Shown piece after piece: positions 1 to 13,244 of a DNA stretch of 64,000 nucleotides. This stretch comes from Octopus sinensis. Its lineage: Eukaryota. How positions within the stretch are numbered: position 1 is the first letter of the stretch; the number at the start of each line of letters is the position of its first letter. The DNA lies in NCBI RefSeq assembly GCF_006345805.1, contig NC_043020.1, forward strand, positions 18,290,001 through 18,354,000, written 5' to 3'. A program made the position numbers and the translations under genes. The notes under the pieces are model-generated. The model saw only the letters and a program-made list of their open reading frames with translations, had not been told where the DNA came from and did not search any database.

Positions 1-993
1 AGACACAAAAAGTGTGTGTGTATGTATGTATATATATATACATACATATGTATAATACACATGCAGTGGAAGTCACGTAATAACCGGTTAACAGTAGGCG
101 AAGTTTTGAAATAGCCATCGCTATTTTATGAATTTACCCTGAATATAAGTTTTTTTCCAAAAATGTTAATGTCTCACACTTTTGCTCCTCCTCCAACTTT
201 GCACTCTTTTCCTTCCCCTTGATGTAGCGATAGCTTTTCCGAAAGCCTTTGATTATTAGCAGTTAATTTTCAATCGATTATAAAGAATTTAGGATCCACT
301 TATTTTCATAACATTAACCGTGATCGTAACACACGTCTCCCACTATCACCCCACACGTTTTCCTACATAACGCATTCTGTTTTCATCTCCATAGTGATTG
401 TAGAGATGTTGTAATGGTTCACTTGAAAATTTTGGTAACAATATCAGGAACTCTGATTGTAATAAGCGGATGATTTTTAATTCATTTAAAATTCAGCTTG
501 GGACGCATTAAATTAAATATAAGTATCCACCGTATATATTAAATGTGTGCGCGTGTATATATATGAATATATATATATATATATATATATCCAAATAGTT
601 AATCCACAATCGTTAGTCCGACAAAATATATAGATATATACGTAATATGTATTTATATATACTATATATGTGTGTGTGTGTGTGTGTGTATCTATACACA
701 TACATATTACATTATACATATAGACACACACACACATATACTATATATGTGTGTGTGTGTGTATCTATACACATACATATTACATTATACATTTAGACAC
801 ACACACATATGGAGGTTTGATAAATGCAAGCGCACGAAACTCTCGACCTTTGAGTCACTTTGCACTTCCACCGATTAAATAAATGTATATAGTATATAAA
901 ATATAAGCAGTGCAATCCAGAGTGTGTATATATATATATATATATTATATATATATATATATAATATATATATATATTATATATATATATATG

Positions 994-1030
<37 letters not shown>

Positions 1031-1704
1031 CTATTAGCTAACATCTTAACCACGAGAATCGTAAGACACTTTCTGGAAGCTTTCATTGAAGCTCATTAAT
1101 ATTTAGAATTGTAAATCACGGAACACATTCATGATATTACACTTAAACGCACGACTCACTAAGGGTTAAGTTTACAAAATTTAAAAAGAAAATATAATTT
1201 ACCAGGAGTTTATATCGTATATAAATATATATTTCGCACGCAGCTGACCTAGAGCTTTAACTATTGATATTAGTAAAGACTAGCTAACTAGTCAACCTTA
1301 CAAAGAAAAAAAACAGTTATCAATACATAAAACACAAGGTGAATGTTGCAAAAGTAGAACAATTGTTGACCTTTGGTTTGGCACGCATGCGCACTGCCGA
1401 GGGCACTGATTGTCGAGGAGATGTTGTGAGGACGATTCCAGTTTGTGCATTAATATACATGAGGAAGGGCGTCTACTGTGTCTTTGGTGTGCATAAATAC
1501 ACATGGGTAGTGGTGGTGGCATATGTGTGTGTGTGTGTTTATTTACACACGCACACAAAAATAGATATGAATATATACATATATAAGTGTGCATACGTAA
1601 ACAAAAGAGACTACACAGAAAAAGATAGCTATGAGTAAATGCATACATTAACAGAAACAACAGATATATGTGTATGTTTGAATGTATATGTGTACATACA
1701 CACA

Positions 1705-2978
1705 TGATATATATATACATACATATACATATATACAATAATATATATATACATATACATATATACAATAATATATATATATACATATACACAATAATAT
1801 ATATATATACATATACACAATAATATATATATATACATATACACAATAATATATATATACATATACACAATATATATATATATATATATACATATATCAA
1901 ATAATATATATATATATATATATATATTACATATATACAATAATATATATAGATATATACATATATACAATTATATATATATATATACATATATACAATA
2001 ATATATATATACATATACACAATAATATATATATATACATATACACAATAATATATAATATATAATATATATATATATAACATATACACAATAATATATA
2101 TATATATACATATACACAATAATATATATATATAAATACATATATACAATAATATATATATATACATATACCAATAATATATATATATATACATATACAC
2201 AATAATATATATATATACATATACACAATAATATATATATACATATACACAATAATATATATATACATATACACAATAATATATATATACATATACACAA
2301 TAATATATATATATATATACATATATACAATAATATATATAATATATATACATATATACAATATAATATATATACATATATACAATATATATATATATAT
2401 ATACATATATACAATAATAATATATATATACATATATACAATATATATATAATAATCATATACAATATATAACATATATACAATAAACAATATATATATA
2501 TATACATATATACAATAATATATATATATATATACATATATACAATAATATATATACAATATATATATACATATTACCATAATAGATATACATATATACA
2601 ATAAGATATATATATATAATAATATACAATAATATATATAATATACAATAATATTATATATATATACATATATACATAACAATAATATACAACATATATA
2701 TACATATACATATAATATACATATATCAATACAACATATAATATATATATATACATATACACAATTATATACATATACATTATCCACAATAATATATATA
2801 TATATACATATATTTATACATATACATATATATTACATAATATATACAATATATTATATATATATAGAACATATACATATACATATATATATTATATATA
2901 TATATATATAATATACCATATATATACTACACATATAATATATAATATATATATAATATATACATACATTATATATAC

Positions 2979-3012
<34 letters not shown>
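1705..3012. repeat. Complex AT-rich minisatellite derived from (TA)n, with recurring ATATAC(A/T)CAATAATATATAT units
   Basis: Dozens of imperfect ~20-26 bp units; the long I/Y/C/V ORFs here are stop-free artefacts. Confidence 0.9.
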
Positions 3013-3016
<4 letters not shown>

Positions 3017-3050
3017 CAGACCTATGCAATGTGTTTTCCCCTTCTATATA

Positions 3051-3415
3051 GGTGCAGGCATGGCTGTGTGGTAAGAATTTATGTACCCAACAACAATATG
3101 GCTGCAAGTTCAGTCCCACTGTGTGTTGCCTTGGGCAAGTGTCTTCTACTATAGACATGGGCTAACCAGAGCTTCGCAAATGGATTTGGTAGACAGAAAC
3201 TGAAAGAACTCTGTTTGTACGTGTGTGTGTGTGTGTCAGTGTTTGTCCCCCCACTACCACTTCACAACTGGTAGTCTTACTAAGTCCTTGTAACTTAGCA
3301 TTTTGGCAAAAGGGACAAATAGAATAAGTACCACTGGGGCCAATTCATTCAACTAAAAATTCTTGGAGGTAGTGCCCCAGCATGGCTACAGTCTGGCTGA
3401 AACAAGTAAAAAGAT
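3051..3415 (+). mobile_element. tRNA-derived SINE, family A (CORE-like centre)
   Basis: Head GGCTGTGTGGTAAG...GTTCAGTCCCAC, centre CCTTGGGCAAGTGTCTTCTACTATAG, tail TGAAACAAGTAAAAAGA; more than 20 related copies in the window. Confidence 0.8.
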
Positions 3416-3487
3416 ATATATATATATATATACATAATGTAATTAAAATATGTACATATATATATGCATATATACATACATATATAA

Positions 3488-3752
3488 TTTTAAAATAGGA
3501 TAAAAGTCTTCATAAGATTTTTTTATCCGTTTTTCTGTCTTGATTATGCCTGCACTGATGATTAAAAAGTGCATTTTGTGCACTAATTATGAAATCATAT
3601 GATCTGTGGCCGAATCTGTTTTTAAGATGCTCGCTTCAAGAGTTGCATTCCCTCATGTTTGGTAAAATGTGTTTATTATGGTAGTTTTGACTTTAAGAGT
3701 CCATCGTAGCGTGATGCATTTATGTATAGTAATGCCCTTAATATAAATACAT
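3488..3752 (+). mobile_element. Probable Penelope-like terminal-repeat module inserted in (TA)n
   Basis: Non-microsatellite block between TA-rich runs that carries a complete hammerhead motif. Confidence 0.55.
3550..3609 (+). ncRNA. Type I hammerhead ribozyme motif
   Basis: Stem I CTGCA(3550-54)/TGTGG(3605-09) with two G.U pairs; CTGATGA 3555-61; stem II AGTGCA/TGCACT; GAAA 3591-94; palindromic stem III ATCATATGAT; AUC cleavage triplet 3602-04. Confidence 0.75.
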
Positions 3753-4357
3753 ACATATATATGAGAACAGGACGTCACAAAACATAAACAACATGAAATA
3801 CGAAGACAGTTTGGGTATGCAAACAAGAAGAGAAACAAATGGAAAATGAGATATAAAGAACGACTCTTCATCAATTGTTGTTCTACTCCTCATTTCAAAT
3901 ATATATATGTATGTATAAACATATATACACACATATACATATGTACAAACACAGTGTAGCTCATTGAGTAAACAACTCGCTTCATTCATAACAAATCAAA
4001 ATTTTTGTATTTTAAATATATGTAGGTGTGTGTGTGTGAAACTTTAGCATCAGGTTTTTTCTTCTTATTCTCCCATGAACTGCACAAGTCCACAGTATGT
4101 TCCCACATAACACCTGATCTTTGTTATGAAAGAAAAACTTCATTCACAAATAATTCAAACAGCAGAATATGAATTAGAAAGGCTGTGAAGAAGAGAGATC
4201 AAACATCACAAGCAAAATCCTTCGTTGCAAAACAACAACATGATAAGATTAGGTTATTTCTGTATCTCTCTTTAACAAAAGATTATACTTCAAAAGCTTG
4301 ACCTCTCTTCTTCCTCATAGCATAATATTTATTCTATTGTTTCAACTATTTGTACAC

Positions 4358-4650
4358 AGGTACAGACATAGCTGTGTGGTAAGAAGCTTGCTTCAGAACC
4401 ACATGGGTCCGGATTCAGGCCCACTGTGTGACACCTTGAGCACACACATATATATATCTGTGTTTGTCCTCCGTCACCGCTTGACAACTGGTGTTGGTGT
4501 GTAATATCCTCATAACTCAGTGGTTTGGCAGAAAAGACCAACAGAATAAGTACCAGGCTTAAAAAAATAAGTACTGGGGAAGATTCATTTGACTGAAAAT
4601 CCATCATGGTTGTGCTCCATTCTAATGACTGAAATATGTAGAAGATAAAA
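4358..4650 (+). mobile_element. SINE family A, internally deleted copy
   Basis: Same head and tail as other family A copies, central segment missing. Confidence 0.7.
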
Positions 4651-4866
4651 ATCTGTATTTATTTAACAGGGAATATCAGTAGTTTTCTCAGATTCTACTG
4701 ATTTAATAGTTTAGTCTCAGTTTTGCTTCATCTAAACCAGTGCTTATGTAGGCAGTATATATATATATATACCATACCTCTCCACTCAAAGCAGTGGAAA
4801 CTTTTATAGGAGTACTGGGGACAAAAGGTATGGTGGTTGGTTGGTAAATGAGGCTGTAGTGTTCTG

Positions 4867-5236
4867 TCTCCTATTTAAGCACCATTCGAGCATGACTGTT
4901 ACCAGCGTCGCCTTACTGGTACTTGTACTGGTGGCATGTGAAAAACATTTGAGCGAGGTCGTTGCCAGTGCCGCTGGACTGGCTCCTGTGCAGGTGGCAT
5001 GTAAAAAACACCATTTGAGCGTGGCCGTTGCCAGTACCGCCTGACTGGCCCTCGTGCCGGTGGCACGCATGTAAAAGCACCCACTACACTCTCGGAGTAG
5101 TTGGCGTTAGGAAGGGCATCCATCTGTAGAAACCCTGCCAGATCAGATTGGAGCCTGGTGCAGCCATCTGGTTCACCAGTCCTCAGTCAAATCATCCAAC
5201 CCATGCTAGCATGGAAAGCGGACATGAAACGATGAT
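4867..5236 (+). mobile_element. RTE-clade LINE 3' UTR fragment with (GAT)n tail
   Basis: Matches the 3' UTR that follows the RTE RT C-terminus at 40164-40884; ends CATGCTAGCATGGAAAGCGGAC...GATGATGAT. Confidence 0.8.
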
Positions 5237-5299
5237 GATGATGATTTATCCATTTTCCTCATATTTGCAGGAGTTAAACCGAGGGTGTGGAAACCCCTC

Positions 5300-5470
5300 C
5301 CACGGGCGCAATTGTGCCCGTGAGTCCATTTTATTGGTAAGGCCAGAGGCCACACCAGGCTCCTGGTTTCTACAGCTGGATGCTCTTCCTAATGCCAACC
5401 ACTTTACAGGGGATACTGGGCACTTTTTATGTGTCACCAGCACCCATACCAATGCTTTTTACATGGTACC
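5300..5470 (-). mobile_element. RTE LINE 3' UTR fragment
   Basis: GGTTTCTACAGCTGGATGCTCTTCCTAATGCCAACCAC is the reverse complement of the family core. Confidence 0.65.
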
Positions 5471-6299
5471 TTGGTTTTAAGACACATCTATTCACCCTGT
5501 ACAGAGTATCCATTCACAATCATATGTCCATAAGCCGCATCACTGAATCTAGAGCCTGCTTTACAGGATTGAACTTCTTACACATGCCTCTTGGGAGAAA
5601 AGGAATTTATTTAATCCCAGCTCAGCCTTTATCAAGCAGGCTCGATAAGCAGATAATGACTGAACATAGGAATTAAACACACTTCTTTATAAATAAGAGT
5701 CAACAGGGTGTGATTTTAGGAAGATTTGGCTGCTATTTCTGGTAAGTCAAGTGACTACATAGAGGAGGCTCCTGCCTTGGCTTTAAGAAACTCTTTACTT
5801 CAGAGGAAGATCACGACCCATTCGACTTCTGCCTCTTCCCCAAACCCCAAAACTAAGCTATCACCTATCTCGACTTTCAGCAGTTAGTAGCAGTAGGTGA
5901 TTTTTATGTAACTTATTCTCTCTACCTCAGAACTGCATATTTTAACGTCATATTCCATGTTGCTCATTTAAAGGATTGGTTTGTACAGACTAACCCCAGT
6001 ATTTAGACCAACAACGGAGAAACAATGAGTCATCAAACGGAGAGAAGGGTGTAGCATTATATCACAGTGTCGTTCTCATAAAACCTGTTGCCAGCCATAC
6101 ATTCAGCGTCCAGTCTACTCATATTTGATTATGATAATATTGTTTAAGAGGGCTGAAGTGGTTAAAGTACCAAATAAAAAATTTATTCCAACAGCCTTAA
6201 CCTTCTCTAGTTTATCCTTCCAAAGTCAACACAGATAAATTCACATGACTACACTCTACTCTTACAAATAATTTTTAATCCAGGAACTATTGCTCAAAC

Positions 6300-6720
6300 T
6301 CTTTACTCTCTTTTACTCTTTTACTTGTTTCAGTCATGTGACTGTGGCCATGCTGGAGCACCGCCTTTAGTTGATCAAATCGACCCCAGGACTTATTCTT
6401 TGTAAGCCTAGTACTTATTTTATCGGTCTCTTTTTTGCTGAACCGCTAAGTTACGGGGACGTAAACACACCAGCATCGGTTGTCAAGCGATGTTGGGGGG
6501 ACAAACACAGACAAACACACACACACACACACATATATATATACATATATACACGATGGGCTTCTTTCAGTTTCCACCTACCAAATCCACTCACAAGGCT
6601 TTGGTTGGCCCAAGGCTATAGTAGAAGACACTTACCCAAGGTGCCACGCAGTGGGACTGAACCCGGAACCATGTGGTTCATAAGCAAGCTACTTACCACA
6701 CAGCCACTCCTACGCCTATA
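6300..6720 (-). mobile_element. SINE family A, near full length
   Basis: Reverse complement of head, centre, internal microsatellite and (AAAAGAGT)n tail. Confidence 0.85.
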
Positions 6721-6765
6721 TTTTAATAATAATAATAATGATAATAATAATAATCCTTTTTGCTG

Positions 6766-6940
6766 TAGGCACAAGGTCTCAAATTTGGGGGAAGGGATTA
6801 AGATGACTACATCAATCCCAGTACATAACTGACAGTTATTTTATCAACCCCGAAAGGATGAAAAGTAAAGTCAACCTCGGCAGAATCTGAACTAAGAATA
6901 TATCAACAGGTAAAATACCGCTACGCGTTTTGTACAGCAT
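6766..6940 (-). mobile_element. tRNA-derived SINE family B (Meta-domain-like centre)
   Basis: ATCAACCCCGAAAGGATGAAAAGTAAAGTCAACCTCGGCAG, reverse complement of the family B core; domain name is recalled, not verified. Confidence 0.7.
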
Positions 6941-6957
6941 GCTAATAATAATAATAA

Positions 6958-7303
6958 TAAGAGCAATAAGAGAGTGCAAACCTTTGCCAAGGCAACACCA
7001 ACGTCTTCTCAACGATTAGCCAGGGATGATGTTTACAATGAGAATAACTGAAATAAACTCACAAATGAGAATACTAAAAATGAACCCAACCGCTCTCAAA
7101 ATTTAAAAAAAAAAAAAAAATAATCCAGAATCCTTGTTCGGTACTGGAACGATCACAAAATATAATCAGTTCATGCTAGTCATAAGGCCAAACATCCCTG
7201 AAAGTCTCATCTGAATCCATCCAGTGGTTCTTGAGATATCTTCTCCATAAACAAACAAACGTGACTGAAAACAATACCTCTGTCTTCGCTAAGGCGGAGG
7301 TAA
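6958..7303. mobile_element. Non-autonomous element with terminal hairpin
   Basis: ACCTTTGCCAAGG near the left end; 3' hairpin ACCTCTGTCTT-CGCT-AAGGCGGAGGT (7276-7301); flanked by (AAT)n. Confidence 0.5.
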
Positions 7304-7315
7304 TAATAATAATTA

Positions 7316-7493
7316 GGTCACATGCTGTTTATCTTGATATGAAATTACCATGTTGTGCACATATTGTTGTGATGCATGTGCCTGGTGTACCGTTATCAGA
7401 CGGGAAGTCATGACAGATATATGGGCTTCATATATTTGTACTCCAGTGTCACTTTGAAGGTATGCGCTGCTCTCTCACTCAATAATAATAATA
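7316..7493 (+). mobile_element. 3' fragment of an (AAT)n-tailed interspersed repeat
   Basis: Matches the reverse complement of 37649-37840. Confidence 0.7.
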
Positions 7494-7494
7494 C

Positions 7495-7925
7495 TTTCAA
7501 ATTTTAGCACAAGGCCAGCAATTTCAGGGGAGGAGGATAATTGATAACATTGACACACAGTGCTCAACTGGTATTTCTTTTATTGATCCCAAAAGGGATG
7601 TAAGGCAAAGTCAACTTCAGCTGAATTTGAACTCAGAACGTAAAGATAGATGAAATGCTGCTAAGCATTTTGCCCAGCATGCTAACGACTCTGCCAGCTC
7701 ACTGCCTTGTTGTTGAGGAGGAAAATAATGATCCTTTCTGCTACATGCACAAGGCCTGAAGTTTTGTGGGCAGTGGATAGTCAATGACATCGAACCCAGT
7801 GTTCAACTGGTTCTTATTTCACTGATTCTGTAAGGATGAAAGCAAAGTCTACTTTGGTGGAATTTGAGCCCAGAATTAGAGCAGGAAGAAATGCCACTAA
7901 GCACTTAGTCCAACTTGGTAATGAC
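7495..7925 (-). mobile_element. Two adjacent family B SINE copies (about 7495-7710 and 7730-7925)
   Basis: Each has the AAGGCCAGCAATTT/GCCTGAAG tail and the GGATGAAAG-CAAAGTC core. Confidence 0.65.
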
Positions 7926-8932
7926 AAGCTTGTAGGGACCATCTTGCCACAGAAGATTTCAGAGGCCCTTACAAACAGGAACTTGAAAGCTATCTTAATT
8001 GTTTTGATAGTTAAAAGTAGGTAAAGTAGGAATCCCTTCTATGTCTGAAGATGTTCCTCAATAATCTTGTATCTAGTCTGAACAGCTAGGTACCAGGTGC
8101 AGGCATGACCATGAACTTAAGAAGTTTGTTTTGCAACCATGTGGTTGTAAATTTGATCCCACTGCACAGCCTCTTGGAAAAGGGCCTTCTTTATATAGCA
8201 ACAAATTGACAGATACCTTGTGAGTAGCTGACAGACAGAAACTATGTGAAAAGAGTTTTTCTATCCAAAACATTTTTCAACCCAATATTTACACATTATT
8301 TATAGCTTTTCATGTGCGTGCTTCAAGATGCACTATTCCCAAAAAGAATTATACATACATACCTATATATATACTAATAGTGAATGTTTAATCATTGATA
8401 GGAAATAGGTGAGAGCATCAGTCAGCTATTTTTTGTGACACTAGCACTAGTGAGGTTATGTGATCTGAGTTATAAGGCAGCCTCGCAAATGCTGGTGCCA
8501 CAAAAAAAAAGAAATACAAACAAAATGCAACCAACACACTCTATAAAGTGGATGGCATTAGGAAGGACATCTAACCACGAGAACCGTGCAAAAATTGAAA
8601 CACAGGAGCAAGACAATATTTTTAGCAGGTTATGCAACAGTAAAAACATTCTTCTGTTGGCTTGATATGTTACTGTTATTGTTGTTTCAACCAGGACAAC
8701 CAACTGAATATGCTTGTTGTAAACAAACTGTCTTCATCAGAGTATTTGTCCATATTTGCTTGTTTCCTTATTAAGAGAGTAGTGTGTGATTTGAAGGGGC
8801 TTTGGCAGCTATTTCTACTATCCTTAAATCCTTAAAAATGTTTTAGCCCGAAGGCCGCGGCCATGCTGTTGAATAATGTGTAGAATAACTGTGTAGAAGC
8901 TGCCTTTTTGACTCGATATTTTGATAAGATGT

Positions 8933-9145
8933 GAAGGTGGCAAGCTGGCAGAATTGTTAGCATGCCAGGTAAAACGTTTAGCAGCATTTTGTCTGTCTTC
9001 ACGTTTGGAGTTCAAATCTCGCAAAGGTCGACTTTGCCTTTCATCTCTTTGGGGTTGATAAAACAAGTACTCGTTGAATACTGAGATCAATGTAACTGAC
9101 TTATCCCTCCCCTAAAATTGCTGGTCCAGCACCAGAATCTGAAGC
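8933..9145 (+). mobile_element. SINE family B
   Basis: GGCAAGCTGGCAGAATTGTTAG head, GAGTTCAAATC B-box-like motif, GGTCGACTTTGCCTTTCATC core. Confidence 0.75.
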
Positions 9146-9277
9146 CAATATTTGTGAGAGAAGTCATTTATCTGGTAATAAATGATTCAACTACCCCCAT
9201 CCATTCAACATGTCGTTTAGTAATTTTGGTACACTTCATCTAAAGTACATCTTATACGACACAAGAGAATCATTTAA

Positions 9278-9483
9278 CCCGGCTGAAACCGCCTCTGGCT
9301 CTGTAGTACAAATGTTTTGTTTTCATAAGGTTTGAATTAAAATCTTCCACCAACACTTAGTCACAATTAATGTTCCTAACACTAGCTTAATGACAACCAA
9401 GTTATTTTACTAAATTCTTTGTCATATTTAAAATAATTGAGAAAATAACAAAGCATCTCAAAATAATTACAGTAACGAAAGGG
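9278..9483. mobile_element. piggyBac-type MITE
   Basis: TTAA|CCC ... GGG|TTAA (TTAA at 9274-77 and 9484-87); similarity beyond the terminal CCC/GGG is weak. Confidence 0.55.
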
Positions 9484-9829
9484 TTAAACAGTTTACTGTG
9501 AATATCTCCATCATACTAATCTATACTGAAGACACATGCTAGTTTGACATTTAAAAATTCAAAACAAGTGGTCCCTATTTTAAAGACAGCAAGGAGGCTT
9601 GCAGAATTTGAATCGGTTGAAGTAGTTATTAAAGTATTTTACATACTGATTCATATCCAACAGATGTTGTTGCTTTGCCTCAAGTTCCGTCTCATCCAGC
9701 AGTATTTTAGAGATTTAACTGTCCAATGTATATTATATATAAGATGAAATCCGAGGGAGATTAAGGGCATTAAGGCTACATCCCCTGGTGAAGAGGACTG
9801 GCCTACAGGAGTCTTGTACTAATGCCATG

Positions 9830-10022
9830 TAAAATCGCTTGTGCCAGTGCCATGTAAAAAGCACCCAGTACACACTGTAAAGTGGTTGGCGTTAGGAAGG
9901 GCATCCAGCTGTAAGAACCATGCCAAATCAGACTGGAGACTGGTAACTCTCCAGCTTGCCAGCTCTGGTCAAACCATCCAGCCCATGGCAGCATGGAAAA
10001 ACGGACGTTAAAGAATAATGAT
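9830..10022 (+). mobile_element. RTE LINE 3' UTR fragment
   Basis: GTAAAAAGCACCCAGTACAC...GGCGTTAGGAAGGGCATCCAGCTG...GGACGTTAAAG. Confidence 0.75.
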
Positions 10023-11131
10023 ATCTTGCAGATCGAATAATTACATAGAGGCTCCGTTGTTAGGTCGTCGCCAACAGATGGTGATGAAGATGGTTTATCA
10101 CAAAAAACGAAGCTGCAGGGTAGCTACTATTCTACACATCTCTCCAACAGATGTTAGCGAGTTATGGTGATGATATTCGTCACTTTACAACAAATATGAA
10201 ATATTGAAGAAAGAGGTGTTTCTGATTTAAGCTCTCACAGACAAGGACATATACATGCCCGTATCACATCAAAAATACAGATTTCAGTCATACAGAAGTT
10301 TAAAAATAATAAATTAAGCATGAGTGGGATAGAAAAGAATGTTACTTTCCTTCTTTCTTCATTATAATCATATCGAAATTCAGGAAAATATTAAAAACAA
10401 AAATACTGCTTTAACGACAATCAACATGAGAGTTGGTAATAATATATTCTGAATTGAATTAAATAAAATTAATAAAAGAACGGGGAGAGGATGGTGAAGC
10501 TGTGCTGGTTTATGATGGAAAGTAGGCCGGGTCACGAACTCGTTTCCAAGAGTACTTTTGCATTCCGCAAACGGTGTCCAACAGAAAGTCGGGTGGTGGA
10601 GAAAATTTGTCCAGCACCGACAGGAAATCTAAGATATTTTAGTGAGAGAAAATACTGATGTCGTAATGTTCATGCCTTTCTCAGATATATCATTAGCAAT
10701 TTCAAATATGATGATATTCCAAACAGCTATCGAAACCGAGTCGAGAATGTGAGTGAAAAGAATTAAAGATAACAATCGAAGATAACACACAAGCATTTGA
10801 CAAGTGTTGTTGGGTTTCAAAGCAGATGATTTTTAATGAAATTTGCGGGAAAAATAAACAAGAGTATAGAGGCGGGGGGAAGTTAGTAGAGATGGCGACT
10901 TGTTCTACATTTTAGTGAAACAATGTCTCCCAAGTTATTTTCCTTATAATTTTATCAAAGTTTAAATGGCAATACTACAAAATTTAAAGAACGGTGGTAG
11001 CAGTAATCAGCGATGTTAGTGCTTAATGTGACTGAATAATTAATTAGGTATTGTGGAACAGCTTTCACTTGTAAGTAACAACAGAAACAAATGCTTGTGA
11101 TTTTTAATGGACTAATTATAAATATATATAG

Positions 11132-11167
<36 letters not shown>

Positions 11168-11327
11168 GTATGTGCGTATTTAGCTGAAAGTAAGTTGATG
11201 TGATATTCACACTCAACTTTCTAATTGAATAATTGGCTTAAGTGTACGGAAACTGCTTAGGACTTCAATACAGATTACATACTGATCAGTTATATATATA
11301 TAACGGATCAGTACATTATATATATCA

Positions 11328-11374
<47 letters not shown>

Positions 11375-11690
11375 ACACACACACACATACACATGGATAA
11401 TGTGTGAGCGCGCGAATCAATTCATTGCTATTATCAAACTTTTTCGAGTAAAAAGTCGATTTGCAAAATCGAAAAGTTTTTAAAAATCTAATGTTTATGT
11501 GTGTGTGTGTGTATATATATTTGAGACCATATAGAGCAGCTAACGTTTATCTGTCTAAATTCTGCAATTTGGCTCATTTATTCGTGATTCAAAGCAAGAG
11601 GAAGGTATGTAAGCTTTACCATTTATGAAGATGTGTCAGATGGTAAGTATGTATGTGTGTGTATATGTGTATACACACACACACACACAC

Positions 11691-11721
<31 letters not shown>

Positions 11722-12685
11722 TATATCAGTGTACATACAGATGTATGTACAATGTGTTTATATGAACTGTATTTTCCAGTAATGGATAGAGCTCTGTATT
11801 TGCTTTGGAATGTAGATTCTAAGTTTCTATGTGTGTGCTTACACAGACAGACTCAGACTCACAGTCATATGTACCCACACACACGTGTGTGTGTGTGTGT
11901 GTTATATACCCATTTAATGTATGCGTGTGCTTGTGATGAAGAGGAAAGGCGGACAGGGGAAGAAAAAAGAAAAAAAAAGAGATTTTCGATGTTTTTGTTT
12001 GTTTTTTATTTGCAAGCATGTGGATCTTGTTCTTGTGAGTGAGATGACAGTTTCTATCCAAAATAATAACTGGTGAAAGAATAAAGAAAAATAATAAAAT
12101 GTGAAAATAGGTGAGGATGATGGTGATGATGATAGTGGTGGCGATGGTGTGTGTGTACGTACATTAATAATCGTGACCCCACCCACAGATCGTGATGGAA
12201 CCAGACAAAACTACACACACAGACACACACACAATGGCTGGCCGTCGACAACCAACTTTAGACACAAGTAGCGAACCGAACCAACATGCTTCTTCTGCCA
12301 TTCGCCTCACAAAGCCTATTTCCATTCGTTTTCTGAGCTAGCCCGCCATAATGACTCCTCTCTCTCTTGTACGATCTGTGTGGTGGTCTAAAATAGTAGT
12401 AGTACAAGAGAAACATAAGATATACCAGGATTCTCAGACAGACAAACAAACTGAGGCCGACATTTTGGATGGAGAATGGTTACGACGATGATGATGATGA
12501 TGATAGGCAGAATTTACAGGATTCTTCACTGACACACATACATATCTATCATTTCATCTCTACACACACACACACATGTATATACACACATATATAAATA
12601 TATACACACGCATATGTATGTATAATTTTGTAACTTTCTGGATGATTAAAACTGTCTCTCCTATTTGTTCTACCAAAGCTATATA

Positions 12686-12755
<70 letters not shown>

Positions 12756-13161
12756 CACACTCACACGCGTATGTGTGTGTGTAGTGAGACATATATAGCG
12801 AAAAGGGAGGGAAAAAATGAATTTTAGAGCGGCCACAACTGTATTGAGTAAATACGATATACAATAAAATATTCAAACATCTGTGCGAAATTAAATTGAC
12901 CTGGTTTTCCCCTTGACTTTGCAACAGTAAGGAGTATATAATAGAATATACATCATACATTTGGTAAAGGCGCATTTTTTTACCCCCTTTTTGAATGAAT
13001 CTGGGTGAAAAAGGAAGAAGAGGAAGTTGGCCAAAAGGAGAATGTGTGAATACACACACATAAATTAGACACATTTTTAAATGAATCCATATAGGCATAT
13101 AACGCGCACCAACACATACATACAGATCGTGTGTGTATATTGAGATGTTGTATAGAGGTTC

Positions 13162-13194
<33 letters not shown>

Positions 13195-13212
13195 GCAATC
13201 TTTATGTATATG

Positions 13213-13244
<32 letters not shown>

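Noticed and set aside
513-3158. Long ORFs rich in I/Y/C/V/M (up to 359 aa), and similar ones at 32.5-33.1, 44.8-45.7 and 49-50 kb
   Set aside because: Translations of (TA)n/(CA)n/(TACA)n repeats that lack stop codons by composition
11281-11312. Short palindromes ACTGATC-(TA)n-GATCAGT, and a 15-bp stem at 28674-28711
   Set aside because: Small AT-rich hairpins are expected in this composition; no supporting context
11640-11648. Plus-strand ATG|GTAAGT donor
   Set aside because: No convincing acceptor or partner exon; 7-mers like this are expected several times by chance
12268-12292. Resemblance of minus-strand TGTTGGTTCGGTTCGC to miR-375
   Set aside because: Seed mismatch and no hairpin partner
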